64,000 nucleotides of DNA from Bacillota bacterium (GTDB taxonomy: Bacteria; Bacillota; JAAYKD01): positions 1,280,001 to 1,344,000 of the forward strand of contig OY762825.2 in the NCBI GenBank assembly GCA_963666425.2, read 5' to 3'. Below the pieces are notes generated by a model that saw only the letters and a program-made list of their open reading frames with translations, had not been told where the DNA came from and searched no databases. Shown here piece after piece: positions 10,239-21,676 of this stretch. Made by a program: the position numbers and the translations under genes. Each line of letters starts with the position of its first letter. Position 1 is the stretch's first letter.

Positions 10239-11384
10239 CTAAACACACCTGACCCCTAAACTCCAGACCTGTTTCAATTCCAGGCGATCATCCATAATCA
10301 CCAAATCCGCATCTCTGCCCGGGGCCAGATTGCCTTTGCTGCTTTCGATCCCCATTGCCTGAGCCGGTGTCAGGGTGGCCATTTTCACAGCCGCCTGCAG
10401 CGCTGCTCCACCCAGTTTCACCGCGCGGCGTACTGCTTCCGCCATGGTCAACGAACTACCTGCCAGTGTACCGTCCGCCAAATAGAAGGCGCCATCACGC
10501 GCTGTTACCTCCGAGTCGGTTGACCTATCGGTTTTTACTGTCGTACCGGTTGCACGCAGGGCATCGGTAATCAGAATCACACCTTCCGGACCTTTGACTT
10601 TGAAGGCCAATTTCAACATCGCAGGATGGACATGCACCCCGTCACAAATCAGTTGCGCGCGGATTTCTTTCAGAATAAGTGCTGCAGCTGCCAATCCCGG
10701 CGCTCTTTTGTCGAGCCCGGTCATGGCGTTGTATAAATGGCTGACTTGACTGACTCCCCAAGAGGCTGCCAGCAGCATGCCATCGTAATCCGCTTCCGTA
10801 TGCCCGGCAGCAAAGCGAACCCCTTTGCTCACACCGTAGCGGACCATTTCTTCACTTCCCGGCAATTCCGGCGCCATGGTTACAAGACGCACCACCGGAT
10901 TATCCAGCAATGGCTGCCATTCTGCAGACAGCGGCAAGCGAATATAGTCTCCACTCTGAGCGCCTTTGCGCCGCTCTGCCAGGTAGGGACCTTCCAAATG
11001 AATCCCCAGAATACGTTTTTTTAGATCTTCCTGCTGCATTGCCTGAGCAACCGCTTCGATCGCTTGATTCAAGGCACCGCGGTTATGGGTTACCGTAGTG
11101 GGATACAAAGAGGTGGTACCGCCCTGCAGATGAAAATTCGCCATGGTCCGAATGGCTTCCACTTCTCCGTCCATCGCGTCCGCACCACCGCCGCCATGCA
11201 CATGCAGATCGATAAAACCAGGCAATAACCAACTATCGGCCAGATTCACCCGATCATACTCGGCAGGAATTTCATTTTCGGAAACGAAACCGGCAATTCG
11301 GCTTTGGTTAATCAATAAGGCCGATCCGGTCATCACTTGGTCGGGCGTCATAATTTTACCGCGGTAAAACGCCACACCAGCCAT
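10239..11384 (-). CDS. nagA: N-acetylglucosamine-6-phosphate deacetylase
   Basis: PGFIDLHVHG, HLEGPY, TMAPE, HLYNAM, DGVHVHP, LAGS. Confidence 0.92.
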   Translation of the reverse strand: MAGVAFYRGKIMTPDQVMTGSALLINQSRIAGFVSENEIPAEYDRVNLADSWLLPGFIDLHVHGGGGADAMDGEVEAIRTMANFHLQGGTTSLYPTTVTHNRGALNQAIEAVAQAMQQEDLKKRILGIHLEGPYLAERRKGAQSGDYIRLPLSAEWQPLLDNPVVRLVTMAPELPGSEEMVRYGVSKGVRFAAGHTEADYDGMLLAASWGVSQVSHLYNAMTGLDKRAPGLAAAALILKEIRAQLICDGVHVHPAMLKLAFKVKGPEGVILITDALRATGTTVKTDRSTDSEVTARDGAFYLADGTLAGSSLTMAEAVRRAVKLGGAALQAAVKMATLTPAQAMGIESSKGNLAPGRDADLVIMDDRLELKQVWSLGVRCV

Positions 11385-11486
11385 TGTGTCACCTACTTTC
11401 CGATTCTCACAAGGATATCAATTCTATTTAATTCTAAAATGGGATGAATGAGTCCTGCTGCACAGAGAAATAAAGCCGATTGCGCT

Positions 11487-12365
11487 TCACTTTTGCTTCA
11501 GCAGTAAGACACGCGGGATCGCGGCAAAATCTGCAATCGAGCGATCGAGCTGCCAGCCTTCCTCTTCAGCCAGCTGCAGAACCGCCTTCATCTGGTCATG
11601 ACCAATTTCCAATACCAAGCAGCCATTTGGCTGCAGACGCGGGGCTGCTTCCCGCAGCAGACGGCGATAGAAGTGCAGACCGTCCGGACCGCCGTCCAGG
11701 GCAATGCTCGGCTCCTGCCGGACATCGGCTGCTAAAGTTTCGATTTCCGCCGAAGGAATATAAGGCGGATTGCTGAGGATCATATCATACTGTGGCAGAG
11801 GCAGCGGTGTGAGCAGATCACCCAGAAAGAAGTGCACCTGCTGCTGTACTCCAAGCCGCGCGGCGTTGGCGGCGCTGAGTTGTAAGGGAATCGGACTGAT
11901 ATCGCTGGCATGCACAGTCAAACCAGGCAGCAAATGGGCTAAGGTCAACGCGATGGCACCGGAGCCGACACCGATTTCCGCTATTACCAAGCCGCTGCCA
12001 TCACAGCTGATCTGCCGCAGCTGCTGCTCTGCCGCTGCTACCAAATGCTCGGTTTCTGGCCGCGGAATCAACACACCGGGAGTAACCTGAAATTCCAGAC
12101 CGTAAAATTCCTGCCGCCCCAACAGGTACTGCATCGGCATCTGCGCGGACCGCTGCCGCAAATTGCACTGATATGTACGCTGCTGTTCTGCTGTTAAGGT
12201 CACCGTTTCGTCCAAATGGCTAAAAAAAGAGGCTCTGGACATTGCCAGAGCCTGCCGCAATAACAATTCCGCGTCTCGCAAAGCGGTTTGCTCCAAGCCA
12301 TGTTCCTTTAAGTAATCAGCCCCCTCCTTGCGCAAAAGGCGCAAGGTACCAGGTTTGCTGTTCAT
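11487..12365 (-). CDS. prmC: Release factor glutamine methyltransferase
   Basis: [26 protein letters not shown]; directly downstream of prfA. Confidence 0.93.
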   Translation of the reverse strand: MNSKPGTLRLLRKEGADYLKEHGLEQTALRDAELLLRQALAMSRASFFSHLDETVTLTAEQQRTYQCNLRQRSAQMPMQYLLGRQEFYGLEFQVTPGVLIPRPETEHLVAAAEQQLRQISCDGSGLVIAEIGVGSGAIALTLAHLLPGLTVHASDISPIPLQLSAANAARLGVQQQVHFFLGDLLTPLPLPQYDMILSNPPYIPSAEIETLAADVRQEPSIALDGGPDGLHFYRRLLREAAPRLQPNGCLVLEIGHDQMKAVLQLAEEEGWQLDRSIADFAAIPRVLLLKQK

Positions 12366-13438
12366 TGATTGTCTCCCGATAACTTGGCAGCGCGGTCTGC
12401 CACGATTAAAGCATCAATCATCCCTTCAATGTCACCGCCTAAGAAGGCTTCCATTTGATAGATTGTCATGCCAATACGATGATCGGTAACCCGTCCTTGC
12501 GGAAAGTTATAGGTCCGGATGCGTTCGGAGCGATCGCCGGTCCCGATTTGACTCTTGCGGTCAGCCCCGATCGCGGCTGACTGCTTATTTTGCTCAATTT
12601 CCAACAAACGGGAGCGCAAAACCCGCATCGCCTTCTCTTTGTTTTTCAACTGTGACCGTTCATCCTGACAGGTGACGACCAGCCCAGTGGGAAGATGGGT
12701 CAGACGGATCGCTGATTCCACCTTATTGACATTTTGGCCGCCGGCTCCGCTGGAACAGTAGATATCGGTTCTAATGTCATTGGGATTGATCTCAATCTCC
12801 ACTTCTTCCGCTTCCGGCATGACAGCTACTGTCGCAGTGGAAGTATGGATGCGGCCGGAGGCTTCGGTTTCCGGGACGCGCTGAACCCGATGCACACCGC
12901 TTTCGAACTTCAAGCGGCTGAAAGCACCCTGGCCTTGAATGGAGAAGACGACTTCCTTAATGCCACCGAGATCTGTCTCATTAATGTCCATAATTTCGGT
13001 ATGCCAGCCTTTGCGTTCGGCATAAAAGGTATACATACGATATAAATCGGAAGCAAATAAAGCCGCCTCGCCGCCGCCGGCTCCGCCGCGAATTTCCATG
13101 ATCACGTTTTTATCATCATTGGGGTCTTTGGGCAACAGCAATACTTTTAACTCTTCTGAAAGCGCTTCTTTGCGATTGCGTTCCTGGGTTAATTCTTCTT
13201 TAAGCAATTCAGCAAATTCCGTATCGTTGCCGGCTTCCGAGTCCAAAGTCGCCAGGGTCTCCTCAATGTTTGTACTGACCTTTTGATACTCTTCGTAGGC
13301 GGCAACCGTGTCGCGCAGACTGGCGTATTCTTTGGCATAGGCTTGATATTCTTTTTGGTTCTTTAAAATCTCCGGATCAGACAGCAAACCAGCCAATTGA
13401 TGGTAGCGATCTGCCAGCGATTGTAATTTATCATACAT
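12362..13438 (-). CDS. prfA: Peptide chain release factor 1
   Basis: HRVQRVPET (PxT motif), [19 protein letters not shown]. Confidence 0.96.
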   Translation of the reverse strand: MYDKLQSLADRYHQLAGLLSDPEILKNQKEYQAYAKEYASLRDTVAAYEEYQKVSTNIEETLATLDSEAGNDTEFAELLKEELTQERNRKEALSEELKVLLLPKDPNDDKNVIMEIRGGAGGGEAALFASDLYRMYTFYAERKGWHTEIMDINETDLGGIKEVVFSIQGQGAFSRLKFESGVHRVQRVPETEASGRIHTSTATVAVMPEAEEVEIEINPNDIRTDIYCSSGAGGQNVNKVESAIRLTHLPTGLVVTCQDERSQLKNKEKAMRVLRSRLLEIEQNKQSAAIGADRKSQIGTGDRSERIRTYNFPQGRVTDHRIGMTIYQMEAFLGGDIEGMIDALIVADRAAKLSGDNQ

Positions 13439-14339
13439 GATTGGAAACCTCCTCAGGCGGCAAAACACCCTGCAAGGCGCGGATTGCTACCTCTATCTGA
13501 CTGTCATCCGGTTCTCTGGTAGTTAATTTCTGCAGCCAGAGGCCCGGTTTTGTAAAGAAATCGACGATTTTATTCTCGCCTGCGTGCTTACCCATATAAC
13601 GCAGGACCTCGTAGGAGATCCCGGCTACCAACGGCATCAGCAGCAAGCGGGAGAGCACTCTGATGAAAAGATTCGGCCAGCCGAACAGCGAAAAGAAGAG
13701 GGAAGCTACCACCATCACGATGAAGAGAAAATTCGTGCCGCAGCGGGGATGCAGTGTACTGTACTTCCGGACATTTGCCACGGTCAGCGGTTCTTTTGCT
13801 TCATAACAATAAATTGTTTTATGTTCCGCACCGTGATACTGAAATACCCGGCGAATATCATCCACGTAGGAAACAGCAGTAACATAAGCAAAAAAGAAAA
13901 GAATCCGGATGCATCCTTCCAGTAAATTGCGCAGCAAGGAACTCTGCAGCTGCTGCAGCGGCAGAAAACGCAAGACGACGGTGGGGAGCACCATAAATAA
14001 TCCCACACCCATGAACAAGGCCAGGATAACCGCCAAGAACATCTGCCAATCCTTGAGTGATTCCTCACCGTCTGCCGCTTCTCCATACAGTTCGGCCGAA
14101 TAATTCAATACTTTCACGCCACCCACCAGGGAATCAAGAAAGGCGACCACACCGCGCAGGATAGGCAAGCCTAAAAAAGCATATTTTTTCGTCAAGGGCA
14201 GTCGATTTTCGTATTTGACAACAATTTCACCGTTGCTGCGCCGGCAGGCAACCGCCATCTGGCCTTCCGGTCCCTTCATCATGACGCCTTCGATCACAGC
14301 CTGACCGCCATAGGCGGTATATTTTTTCCCTGTTGCCAT
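13431..14339 (-). CDS. DUF1385 (YqhQ-like) membrane protein
   Basis: [30 protein letters not shown]; usual position between rpmE and prfA. Confidence 0.9.
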   Translation of the reverse strand: MATGKKYTAYGGQAVIEGVMMKGPEGQMAVACRRSNGEIVVKYENRLPLTKKYAFLGLPILRGVVAFLDSLVGGVKVLNYSAELYGEAADGEESLKDWQMFLAVILALFMGVGLFMVLPTVVLRFLPLQQLQSSLLRNLLEGCIRILFFFAYVTAVSYVDDIRRVFQYHGAEHKTIYCYEAKEPLTVANVRKYSTLHPRCGTNFLFIVMVVASLFFSLFGWPNLFIRVLSRLLLMPLVAGISYEVLRYMGKHAGENKIVDFFTKPGLWLQKLTTREPDDSQIEVAIRALQGVLPPEEVSNHV

Positions 14340-14401
14340 AGGTCACCCGATCTTTCTATCTAGCTGACTTGAGTGCATTAGGTTACTAAATGTGTACATG
14401 A

Positions 14402-14444
14402 TGAAACAAGCAGCATTGGATCGGACCAAAAACTGCTTGTTTCA
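14402..14444 (-). terminator. Hairpin/terminator downstream of rpmE
   Basis: TGAAACAAGCAG...CTGCTTGTTTCA 12-bp inverted repeat. Confidence 0.6.
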
Positions 14445-14450
14445 ATTTGG

Positions 14451-14666
14451 CTACGCCTCTGTTTCGTCTTTTAAGCCCCAACGTTTTCTGAAACGGTCAA
14501 CACGGCCACCGGTATCTACCAGTTTTTGTTTGCCGGTAAAGAAAGGATGACATTTGGAGCAGAGTTCCACACGAACTTCTTTTTGTGTGGAGAAGGCTTT
14601 AAACCGTTCGCCGCAAGCGCAAATAACATCGGCTTCATACATTTTGGGATGGATTTTGTCTTTCAT
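14451..14666 (-). CDS. rpmE: 50S ribosomal protein L31, zinc-binding type
   Basis: MKDKIHP, CACG...[17 protein letters not shown]. Confidence 0.97.
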   Translation of the reverse strand: MKDKIHPKMYEADVICACGERFKAFSTQKEVRVELCSKCHPFFTGKQKLVDTGGRVDRFRKRWGLKDETEA

Positions 14667-14706
14667 GATGCTTCACCTCGGTTTCTAATAGTGTTAGAAT
14701 GGGTTT

Positions 14707-14735
14707 ATTATAGCATATACAAATGAGTGAAGCAA
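14707..14735 (-). promoter_or_regulatory. SigA-type promoter for rpmE
   Basis: TTGCTT-N17-TATAAT with extended TG on the minus strand. Confidence 0.7.
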
Positions 14736-14793
14736 GTAGAATCTTGATCAAAGTGCGGGGGATTTTAGAATAGCGCTCGGCAGGCTTCAGCGG

Positions 14794-16084
14794 TCATTTT
14801 CTGACACTGCGCGAAAAGGAGCCAACCAACAAACCGCTTTCCGCCTGTAAAATGGCAATTGCTTTGCCTAAACCCAAAGCGGTACCATCCCGCTCCGGAT
14901 CCGGCGCCATTTGCTGCCAATAAAGGCTGGGATCAATATTCAGATTGCGCATCTGCACCATGCTGATTTTATATTTGCGAATACACAAAAGCAGCGCTTC
15001 CAATTCTCTTTCCCGGTCGGTAATCCCCGGAAACGAAAGCAGATTTAAGGCGATCTGCACCCCGTTTTCCCGACAAATCTGCATGGATTGGAAAACATCC
15101 TGCAATTGATAATTGACGGGACGGTAATAGGCGTTATAGAACGCGGGGCGAACCGAATTAAGACTGATCCGAATACTGTCCAATCCGTTCTTCGCCAAAG
15201 CGGCGATGGCTGCCGAATCACCGGCATTGGAATTGATGTTGATGGTACCCAACTTCGTCTGCTGCCGGATGTCCTGCATTGCTTGGCACAGGGTTGGCCA
15301 TTGCAGGGATGGTTCCCCTTCACAACCCTGGCCGAAGCTGATAATTGCATCCTCCGCCGATTCCAGATGCGCGGCACCGATTGAGCTGATTTCCTCAACG
15401 CTGGGCACGAACGTCAATCTGGTTTGCGGAGAGGGACAGCATTCGGAAGGCTGCAGGGAGATGCAGCCAAGGCAGCGGGCGTTGCACACCGGCGAGACGG
15501 GAATTCCTGCCTCCCAGCGGCGATAAAACATATTTTGGGCTGTAAAACAGGCATAATCCTGCGCGCAGTGGGCTAATTGTGCGATGATCCGGTTATGCGG
15601 AAATTCTGTTTTGCGCTGCCGAATACAGTCTTCCAACGCGTCTGTAGAAAAATGTTTGGGGTCCCAGCGATCACGCAGGTCATCGGTAGCATGAGCAGCT
15701 ACCCAAACAGCACCCTGCTGCCAAGCGACCGCAGCATAACCGTATAATGGCAGTTCTTCCGCCTCTTTCATCTCACGAAACGCCGGCAGCCCGAGTCTGG
15801 TATAACCTTGCGGCAAGGGTTGCTGCGACTGCCAGCCTGTTTTCCACTTCCATGACCTGGCCTTGGGCGTCGATGCCCAGCGGCACACGTCCGGGTAAGG
15901 AAATCAGACCGGCGCCTGCCGGCAGCGGGATCCACTCTGACGCGTCCGGCAAGAGTACTTCTTCACCCTGCCGGGTCAGGATCTGCAGGTCCGGTTCATC
16001 CATCAGTGCATTCTGACTGTCTGCGGTCAGCAGACGAAACGGCAACGTTTTCCTGCGGATTTTGCTTTGAAATTTCTGACGCAT
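14794..16084 (-). pseudogene. Radical SAM protein split by a +1 frameshift near 15817-15819 (pseudogene, sequencing error or recoding)
   Basis: Frame A (ATG 16084) gives ...WIPLPAGAGLISLPGRVPLG...LAVAAT. Frame B continues LPQGYTRLGLPA...CNARCLGC (CxxxCxxC)...SFGQGCEGEP. Removing one C from ACCCTTG joins them. Confidence 0.8.
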
Positions 16085-17050
16085 TTAGAAATTCCACTGC
16101 TTCTGAGCCAAACGGTGGGTCGCTTCGATGATCCGCACGGTACCCGACGTTCCGCGCATCACAATCGACTGGGTTTTAGCGATACCGTTGCCATAATAGC
16201 GGACCCCTTTGAGTAAATCTCCGTCTGAGATGCCGGTAGAAGAAAAGAAAACATCATCAGTTTTCACTAAGTCATTCAGGCGGAGCACCTTGCCCAATTC
16301 CAAACCCATAGCCAAGACGCGGGTTTTCTCCGCATCATTCATCGGAATCAGCCGTCCCTGCAGTTCGCCGCCCATACATTTTAAAGCGGCCGCTGCCAAG
16401 ACGCCTTCCGGAGCGCCGCCGGTACCGATCATAATATCAATACCGCTGTCTTCAATGGCGGTCGAGACGGCGGCAGACACATCCCCGTCGGTAATCAAAC
16501 GAATCCGCGCGCCGGCTTCTCTGGCTTGACGGATAATTTCACCATGGCGTTCGCGGTCCAGACAGATCAGGGTGACTTCGCTGATCGATTTTTGTTTGGC
16601 TTTAGCAACCGCTTCCAGATTTTTCCTGACCGGCCAATTGATATCGATCATGCCGGCCGCTGCCGGACCGACCGCGATTTTTTCCATATACATATCAGGT
16701 GCATGCAGCAAACAGCCGGCCGGCGCCGCTGCCAAACAGGAAATCGCTCCGGGTAAGCCTTTTGCCACTAAATTTGTCCCCTCCAGCGGGTCCACCGCGA
16801 TATCGACCTGCGGACCTTGGCCGTTGCCGACTTTTTCGCCGATAAAAAGCATGGGGGCTTCATCCATTTCGCCTTCCCCAATCACAACCGTACCTTCAAT
16901 ATTGATCGAATCGAATAAACGGCGCATCGCTTCCACTGCCAAACCGTCCGCTCCGTTTTTATCCCCTCTGCCCAACAATCTGCCGCAGGCCAATGCCGCC
17001 GCCTCTGTGACACGGACAAACTCCAAAGTCAATTCTCGATGCATTTTCAT
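16085..17050 (-). CDS. glpX: Class II fructose-1,6-bisphosphatase
   Basis: VRVTEAAA, VIGEGEMDEAPML, DIAVDPLEGT, GGAPEGV. Confidence 0.95.
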   Translation of the reverse strand: MKMHRELTLEFVRVTEAAALACGRLLGRGDKNGADGLAVEAMRRLFDSINIEGTVVIGEGEMDEAPMLFIGEKVGNGQGPQVDIAVDPLEGTNLVAKGLPGAISCLAAAPAGCLLHAPDMYMEKIAVGPAAAGMIDINWPVRKNLEAVAKAKQKSISEVTLICLDRERHGEIIRQAREAGARIRLITDGDVSAAVSTAIEDSGIDIMIGTGGAPEGVLAAAALKCMGGELQGRLIPMNDAEKTRVLAMGLELGKVLRLNDLVKTDDVFFSSTGISDGDLLKGVRYYGNGIAKTQSIVMRGTSGTVRIIEATHRLAQKQWNF

Positions 17051-17075
17051 TTTGATAGACTCCCTCTCATGATTT

Positions 17076-17729
17076 TTATTCTTGCTTTTGTAAGCTCTTC
17101 CAATCATCTAAAAACCGTTTTAAGCCCGCATCGGTCAGGGGATGCTTCATCATCAGCTGCAAGGTCTTCCAGGGTACTGTGGCAATATCGGCGCCTGCCT
17201 TTGCCGCCTCAATCACATGCATCGGATGCCGGATGCTGGCGGCGATAATTTTCGTCTCGATGCCGTGCAGCGCGAAAATTTCCGCTATATCGCGCACCAG
17301 CTGGATGCCATCCTGGCCAAGATCATCCAATCTGCCCACAAAAGGGCTGACATAAGTGGCGCCGGCTCTGGCAGCCAACAATGCCTGCGATGCGCTGAAA
17401 ATCAAGGTCAGATTAGTCGGTACCTTCATCGCATGCAATATTTTAGTGGCTTTCAGCCCGTCTTCCGTCATGGGAATTTTGACCACGACATTCTGATGCA
17501 CCGCGGCTAGCTCTTTGGCTTCTGCGACCATGCCCTGCCAATCGGTCGCAATCACTTCGGCACTGACCGGTCCCTCCACCATATCACAAATGGTATGGAC
17601 GGCAGCGTGAAAATCTTGATGCCCTGCTTTGGCTACCAGGGTTGGATTCGTCGTGACACCGCAAATAATACCGCAGGCTGCTGCTTGTTCAATTTCATGA
17701 AAATCAGCCGTGTCAATAAAAAACTTCAT
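17076..17729 (-). CDS. fsa: Transaldolase / fructose-6-phosphate aldolase (short type)
   Basis: [35 protein letters not shown]. Confidence 0.9.
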   Translation of the reverse strand: MKFFIDTADFHEIEQAAACGIICGVTTNPTLVAKAGHQDFHAAVHTICDMVEGPVSAEVIATDWQGMVAEAKELAAVHQNVVVKIPMTEDGLKATKILHAMKVPTNLTLIFSASQALLAARAGATYVSPFVGRLDDLGQDGIQLVRDIAEIFALHGIETKIIAASIRHPMHVIEAAKAGADIATVPWKTLQLMMKHPLTDAGLKRFLDDWKSLQKQE

Positions 17730-18008
17730 TGCCCTGCCCCCTCATCCTACAAAGTAGGATCTATCATCCCTAAAAAGCTGTATCTTATTTTTGATTCGCT
17801 TCAATCAAGGGTTTCTCCTCCTAGAAATACGCTAATACTCGGATGCGACAGACAATAGAGGCCGAAAAGCCTGTGCAAGAAAGGAAAAAGAAACACGAAT
17901 TGGATTGTTGCAGCCTGCATTCTTCCAAAAGTGCTTCTTTTATATTCAACTAGGGTTGAGCGATGGAGCGCAGCAATTCAAGAAAAAGCACAGCCAAGGC
18001 CGCTCCTG

Positions 18009-19694
18009 CTAAGCCAGATTCAGCTGGACTTGCAGTTTCCCTGCTTTTTGACTTTGGATCACAATGGTGACCAGATCACCGGCTGAACCCTGCACCAGCC
18101 AACTGACTCCTTTTTGGCTGACTTCATCGCGTCCGCTGCGGAAACCGCCGTTTTCAAATTTACCGCTGCGGCCGGCGCGGCCGGCCAGATGACCGATTTT
18201 GCGTTTGGCCAGTGTGCCGTCGACGATCTTCGCACCGCTGAGTTCGACAGTGACTTCCTTCGCCGCGTGCAAATTAATCGCTTCCTGGGTCAGATAAGTC
18301 GGTAGATAACCGATGTTGCCAACCAGCAAACTGACTTTCCAGGAATTTTGATCGATTTTCTCCGCTTTCACTTCTTCCGCAAGCAAACGCGGCAAAGTAC
18401 GGGCATGACGCAGCATGAAACGGCTGACTTTGGCGCATTCTTCCGGCAGAAATTGGGACGGGCAGTTCTGCACGACTGTTTTCGTATGGAAGCCGCCGAT
18501 TTCCACTTCGCCTAACTGCGGATGCTGGAATTTAGTCCAATTGACGAAACCTTTGCCAGCCAGCACTTCATCATTCCAGGCCAGGATCTTCGCAAAATCT
18601 TCACCTAACACTTTATCGGTCTTATCACGGCGGGGCCAGATGTCTTTCAAGCCGGCACGATTGGCCAAATCCCACAGCTCAATCGTATAGGCGGGAATAC
18701 CGAGATGACCATAGAGCCAGTCATCAAAAGCGCCGCTGGAAAATGTAGAGGGATCGGAAAAGAATTCATCGTAAATATTAATACAGGGGTAACCGGTTTC
18801 CGCAGTCGCCATTTCGCCGATGGCTTTAAAGAGAGAGACATCCAATTTTGGCGCCTGCTTTTCCGGTTTGATGCCCGGTGGCCGCAGAATCACACCACCG
18901 GTGGTATGTAAGGTGGAGGCGCTGCCGATATTAGGGTGTGCTAAAACAAAATCAGCGACATGATGCGTTTCCGGTTCTGATAGCGGGTATGTCCCGGCGC
19001 CGGCTTGTTTTGCTTCCACGCCCCATTGGCAAGGATAATTGCGGTTCAGGTCCATGCCCCATTTGGTCGGAGCCGCTTCAATTTCACCGCCGTTGTATTG
19101 CTGTAAGATACCTTCGCTGAAGATCCGGTAAAAAACGCCATCTTCCTCATCTGGCAGCCGCTTTAACATCAGTCGGTCGTCGGTCTCGGAGGCTTTCCAT
19201 TCGCCGATTTTACTCTTGACCCGCATCAGCAGAATTTCTCCGTTGCCGTCGATATCCTGAGCCAGCAAACCGGGCAGAAGCTCCGGTTCCGGGTACATTC
19301 TGGGTACGGAACGCAGGGTATCCGGTGTGGTTAAATAGACTTCCGAACCATCCGGAGAGACACGCGGCAGGATATAGAACGTATAACGCTGCAGCAGACT
19401 TTGCACGGCAGGGTTCGTTGCAGCTTCGCTGAGCAAGTAGTCGATGGTATAAAGCGCTACCATCGCACCGGTGACTTCGCCGGCATGATGATTGCCGTCA
19501 ATATAATAAGCCGGTTTATCGGCCGCCGCACCCGTCGCGGAATCTGTGATCTCCATCAGCCACTGCTGACGGCCCTCCGGTGATTGTCCAATGGAAAGTA
19601 AATTCGCCAGTTTCGGATAACCGGTCTGCAATTGCTGCAGCGCAGCCGTCAATTCATCGTAAGCATAATAGTGATCATACTGAAATTTCAACAT
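18009..19694 (-). CDS. M14 family zinc carboxypeptidase, copy 1 (no signal peptide)
   Basis: HAGE (HxxE), DLNRN, PLSEPET, LHT, catalytic E in IELWD. Confidence 0.88.
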   Translation of the reverse strand: MLKFQYDHYYAYDELTAALQQLQTGYPKLANLLSIGQSPEGRQQWLMEITDSATGAAADKPAYYIDGNHHAGEVTGAMVALYTIDYLLSEAATNPAVQSLLQRYTFYILPRVSPDGSEVYLTTPDTLRSVPRMYPEPELLPGLLAQDIDGNGEILLMRVKSKIGEWKASETDDRLMLKRLPDEEDGVFYRIFSEGILQQYNGGEIEAAPTKWGMDLNRNYPCQWGVEAKQAGAGTYPLSEPETHHVADFVLAHPNIGSASTLHTTGGVILRPPGIKPEKQAPKLDVSLFKAIGEMATAETGYPCINIYDEFFSDPSTFSSGAFDDWLYGHLGIPAYTIELWDLANRAGLKDIWPRRDKTDKVLGEDFAKILAWNDEVLAGKGFVNWTKFQHPQLGEVEIGGFHTKTVVQNCPSQFLPEECAKVSRFMLRHARTLPRLLAEEVKAEKIDQNSWKVSLLVGNIGYLPTYLTQEAINLHAAKEVTVELSGAKIVDGTLAKRKIGHLAGRAGRSGKFENGGFRSGRDEVSQKGVSWLVQGSAGDLVTIVIQSQKAGKLQVQLNLA

Positions 19695-19798
19695 GCCATT
19701 TCCTCCTTTAGTCGAGATTAATAATTATACTTCGACGTGTATATTTATCCTTCCTGCCTGCGCAAAAATTATTTCCGCAGCCGGTGTAGCCGTCCTCT

Positions 19799-21505
19799 TT
19801 AATCTGTCTCCTGCTTTTCAGCCAACAGCACCGGCAGCACGAGCTTGCCTGCGGCCGCACTTTGCAGGGTAATCACAACCGTCTCACCCAGGTTTGCCCG
19901 CAGCAGCCAGCTCACCTGTTTTTGGCTGGCAGCATCCGGTCCGCTGCGGTAACCACCTTGAAGAAAGCGGCCTGTCCGACCGGCTCTACCGGCTAAATGA
20001 CCAATCTTTTTCTGTACGAGTCCTTCGATGAACACAGCGCCGCTGAGTGTTGCCGTGACTTCCTGGGCGGTTTTTAACTTGATCGCTTCTTCGGTCAGGT
20101 TGGTTGGCAGATAGCCGTCGTTGCCCACCAGTAAACTGACCCGCCAGAGTTTGGCACCGATTTGCTCGGTCCGGATCGCTTCCGCCGTAAGATGCGGCAG
20201 CGTGTTGGCGTTACGCAGCATAAACCGGCAGACTTTTTCGCATTCCGCCGCTAAAAAGCGCACTGGACAATTCTGCAGCACAATTTTCGGTTTGAAACCG
20301 CCAATTTCCACTTCTCCCAACTGCGGATGCTGGAATTTTGACCAATTGACAAAGCCGGTTCCCTGCAACTCCCGATCATTCCACTGCAGTATTTTCAGAT
20401 TGTCTTCCGCCAGTTCTTCTTCGTTCTTTTCTTTATGCGGATAGATATTTTTTACCCCGGCTCGCTTGGCCAGATCCCATAATTCAATGGTGTGGGCGGG
20501 AATGCCTTGATTGCAATAGAGCCAGTCATCAAAAGCACCGCTTAACACGAGGGCTGGATCCGAGAAAAATTCACTGTAAACATTGATGTTGGCATAACCT
20601 GTTTCCGCCGCCGCCATCTCCCCGATGGCCTGGAAAATTTCAATGTCCAGCTTCGGTGCCTGTTTCTCCGGTTTGATCCCCGGCAGTCTTAAGAATGCAC
20701 CACCGGTGGTATGCAGCGTGGAAACATAACCGATGTTTTTATGCTGCAGAATGAAATCCGCCACCGCCCGCGCTTCCGGCGCAGCCAGCGGATAAGGACC
20801 GGCACCCGCCTGCTTTGCCTCCACGTCCCAGTTGCAGGGGAAGCTCCGATTCAAATCCAAACCCCATTTGGCAGGTGCAATCTGCGGCTCTGCCTCGCAT
20901 TCATCCGGCCGCTGCAGCAAACCTTCCGGATAGACACGGTAGAACTCCCCGTCTTCTTCATCCGGCAAGCGCCGTTCCATCAGACGGCTGTCTTTGCCGC
21001 TAATTTTCCAATCTCCGTAGCGGCTCTTTTGGCGCATCAAAAGAATCTCACCGTCGCCGTTGATGTCTGCCGGAGCCAAACCCGGCAGCTGTTCCGCTTC
21101 GGGATAAAGACGCGGCACTGAACGTAAACTGGCCGGTGTCGTCAGATAAACTTCCGCTCCGTCGGGAGATACTCTGGGGAGAATGTAAAAAACTGTCTGA
21201 CGCAGCAGCCGCTGAACATGCGCGCTGACAGCAAATTCGCTGAGTAAATAATCGATGGTATAAAGTGCCGCCATCGAACCGGTCACTTCGCCGGCATGGA
21301 AATTGCCGTCGATATAGTAAGCGGGTTTCTGCTCCGCTTCCCCGACCGCATAGTCGGTGACTGTCATCAGCCACAGCTGCCGCCCCTGCGGCGTTGCTGC
21401 GATGGAGCTTAATTTTGCAAGTCCCGGATACTTCTTCGCTAATTTTTCTAATTTCTCTGTCAGGGCATCATAGGTGTCATACTGTTCATAGAGAAAATTC
21501 AGCAA
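19799..21505 (-). CDS. M14 family zinc carboxypeptidase, copy 2 (paralogue)
   Basis: Same motifs and colinear with copy 1. TTG start at 21505 after AAGGAGG aligns with the copy 1 N-terminus. Confidence 0.88.
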   Translation of the reverse strand: MLNFLYEQYDTYDALTEKLEKLAKKYPGLAKLSSIAATPQGRQLWLMTVTDYAVGEAEQKPAYYIDGNFHAGEVTGSMAALYTIDYLLSEFAVSAHVQRLLRQTVFYILPRVSPDGAEVYLTTPASLRSVPRLYPEAEQLPGLAPADINGDGEILLMRQKSRYGDWKISGKDSRLMERRLPDEEDGEFYRVYPEGLLQRPDECEAEPQIAPAKWGLDLNRSFPCNWDVEAKQAGAGPYPLAAPEARAVADFILQHKNIGYVSTLHTTGGAFLRLPGIKPEKQAPKLDIEIFQAIGEMAAAETGYANINVYSEFFSDPALVLSGAFDDWLYCNQGIPAHTIELWDLAKRAGVKNIYPHKEKNEEELAEDNLKILQWNDRELQGTGFVNWSKFQHPQLGEVEIGGFKPKIVLQNCPVRFLAAECEKVCRFMLRNANTLPHLTAEAIRTEQIGAKLWRVSLLVGNDGYLPTNLTEEAIKLKTAQEVTATLSGAVFIEGLVQKKIGHLAGRAGRTGRFLQGGYRSGPDAASQKQVSWLLRANLGETVVITLQSAAAGKLVLPVLLAEKQETD

Positions 21506-21676
21506 AATCTCTTCCTCCTTATCGATTGGCTCTGTCTTTCCCAATATCGGAGTATTCCTCAAAAAGACCTTCGCTTCCTGCCTAGTTGCGCGGATACCAG
21601 AAATATGATTGCATTTTGTATCTCTTTTTGTTATATTGAAGGCAGCAGAAATCCAAGGAGAACGAGGTGTTGTATT

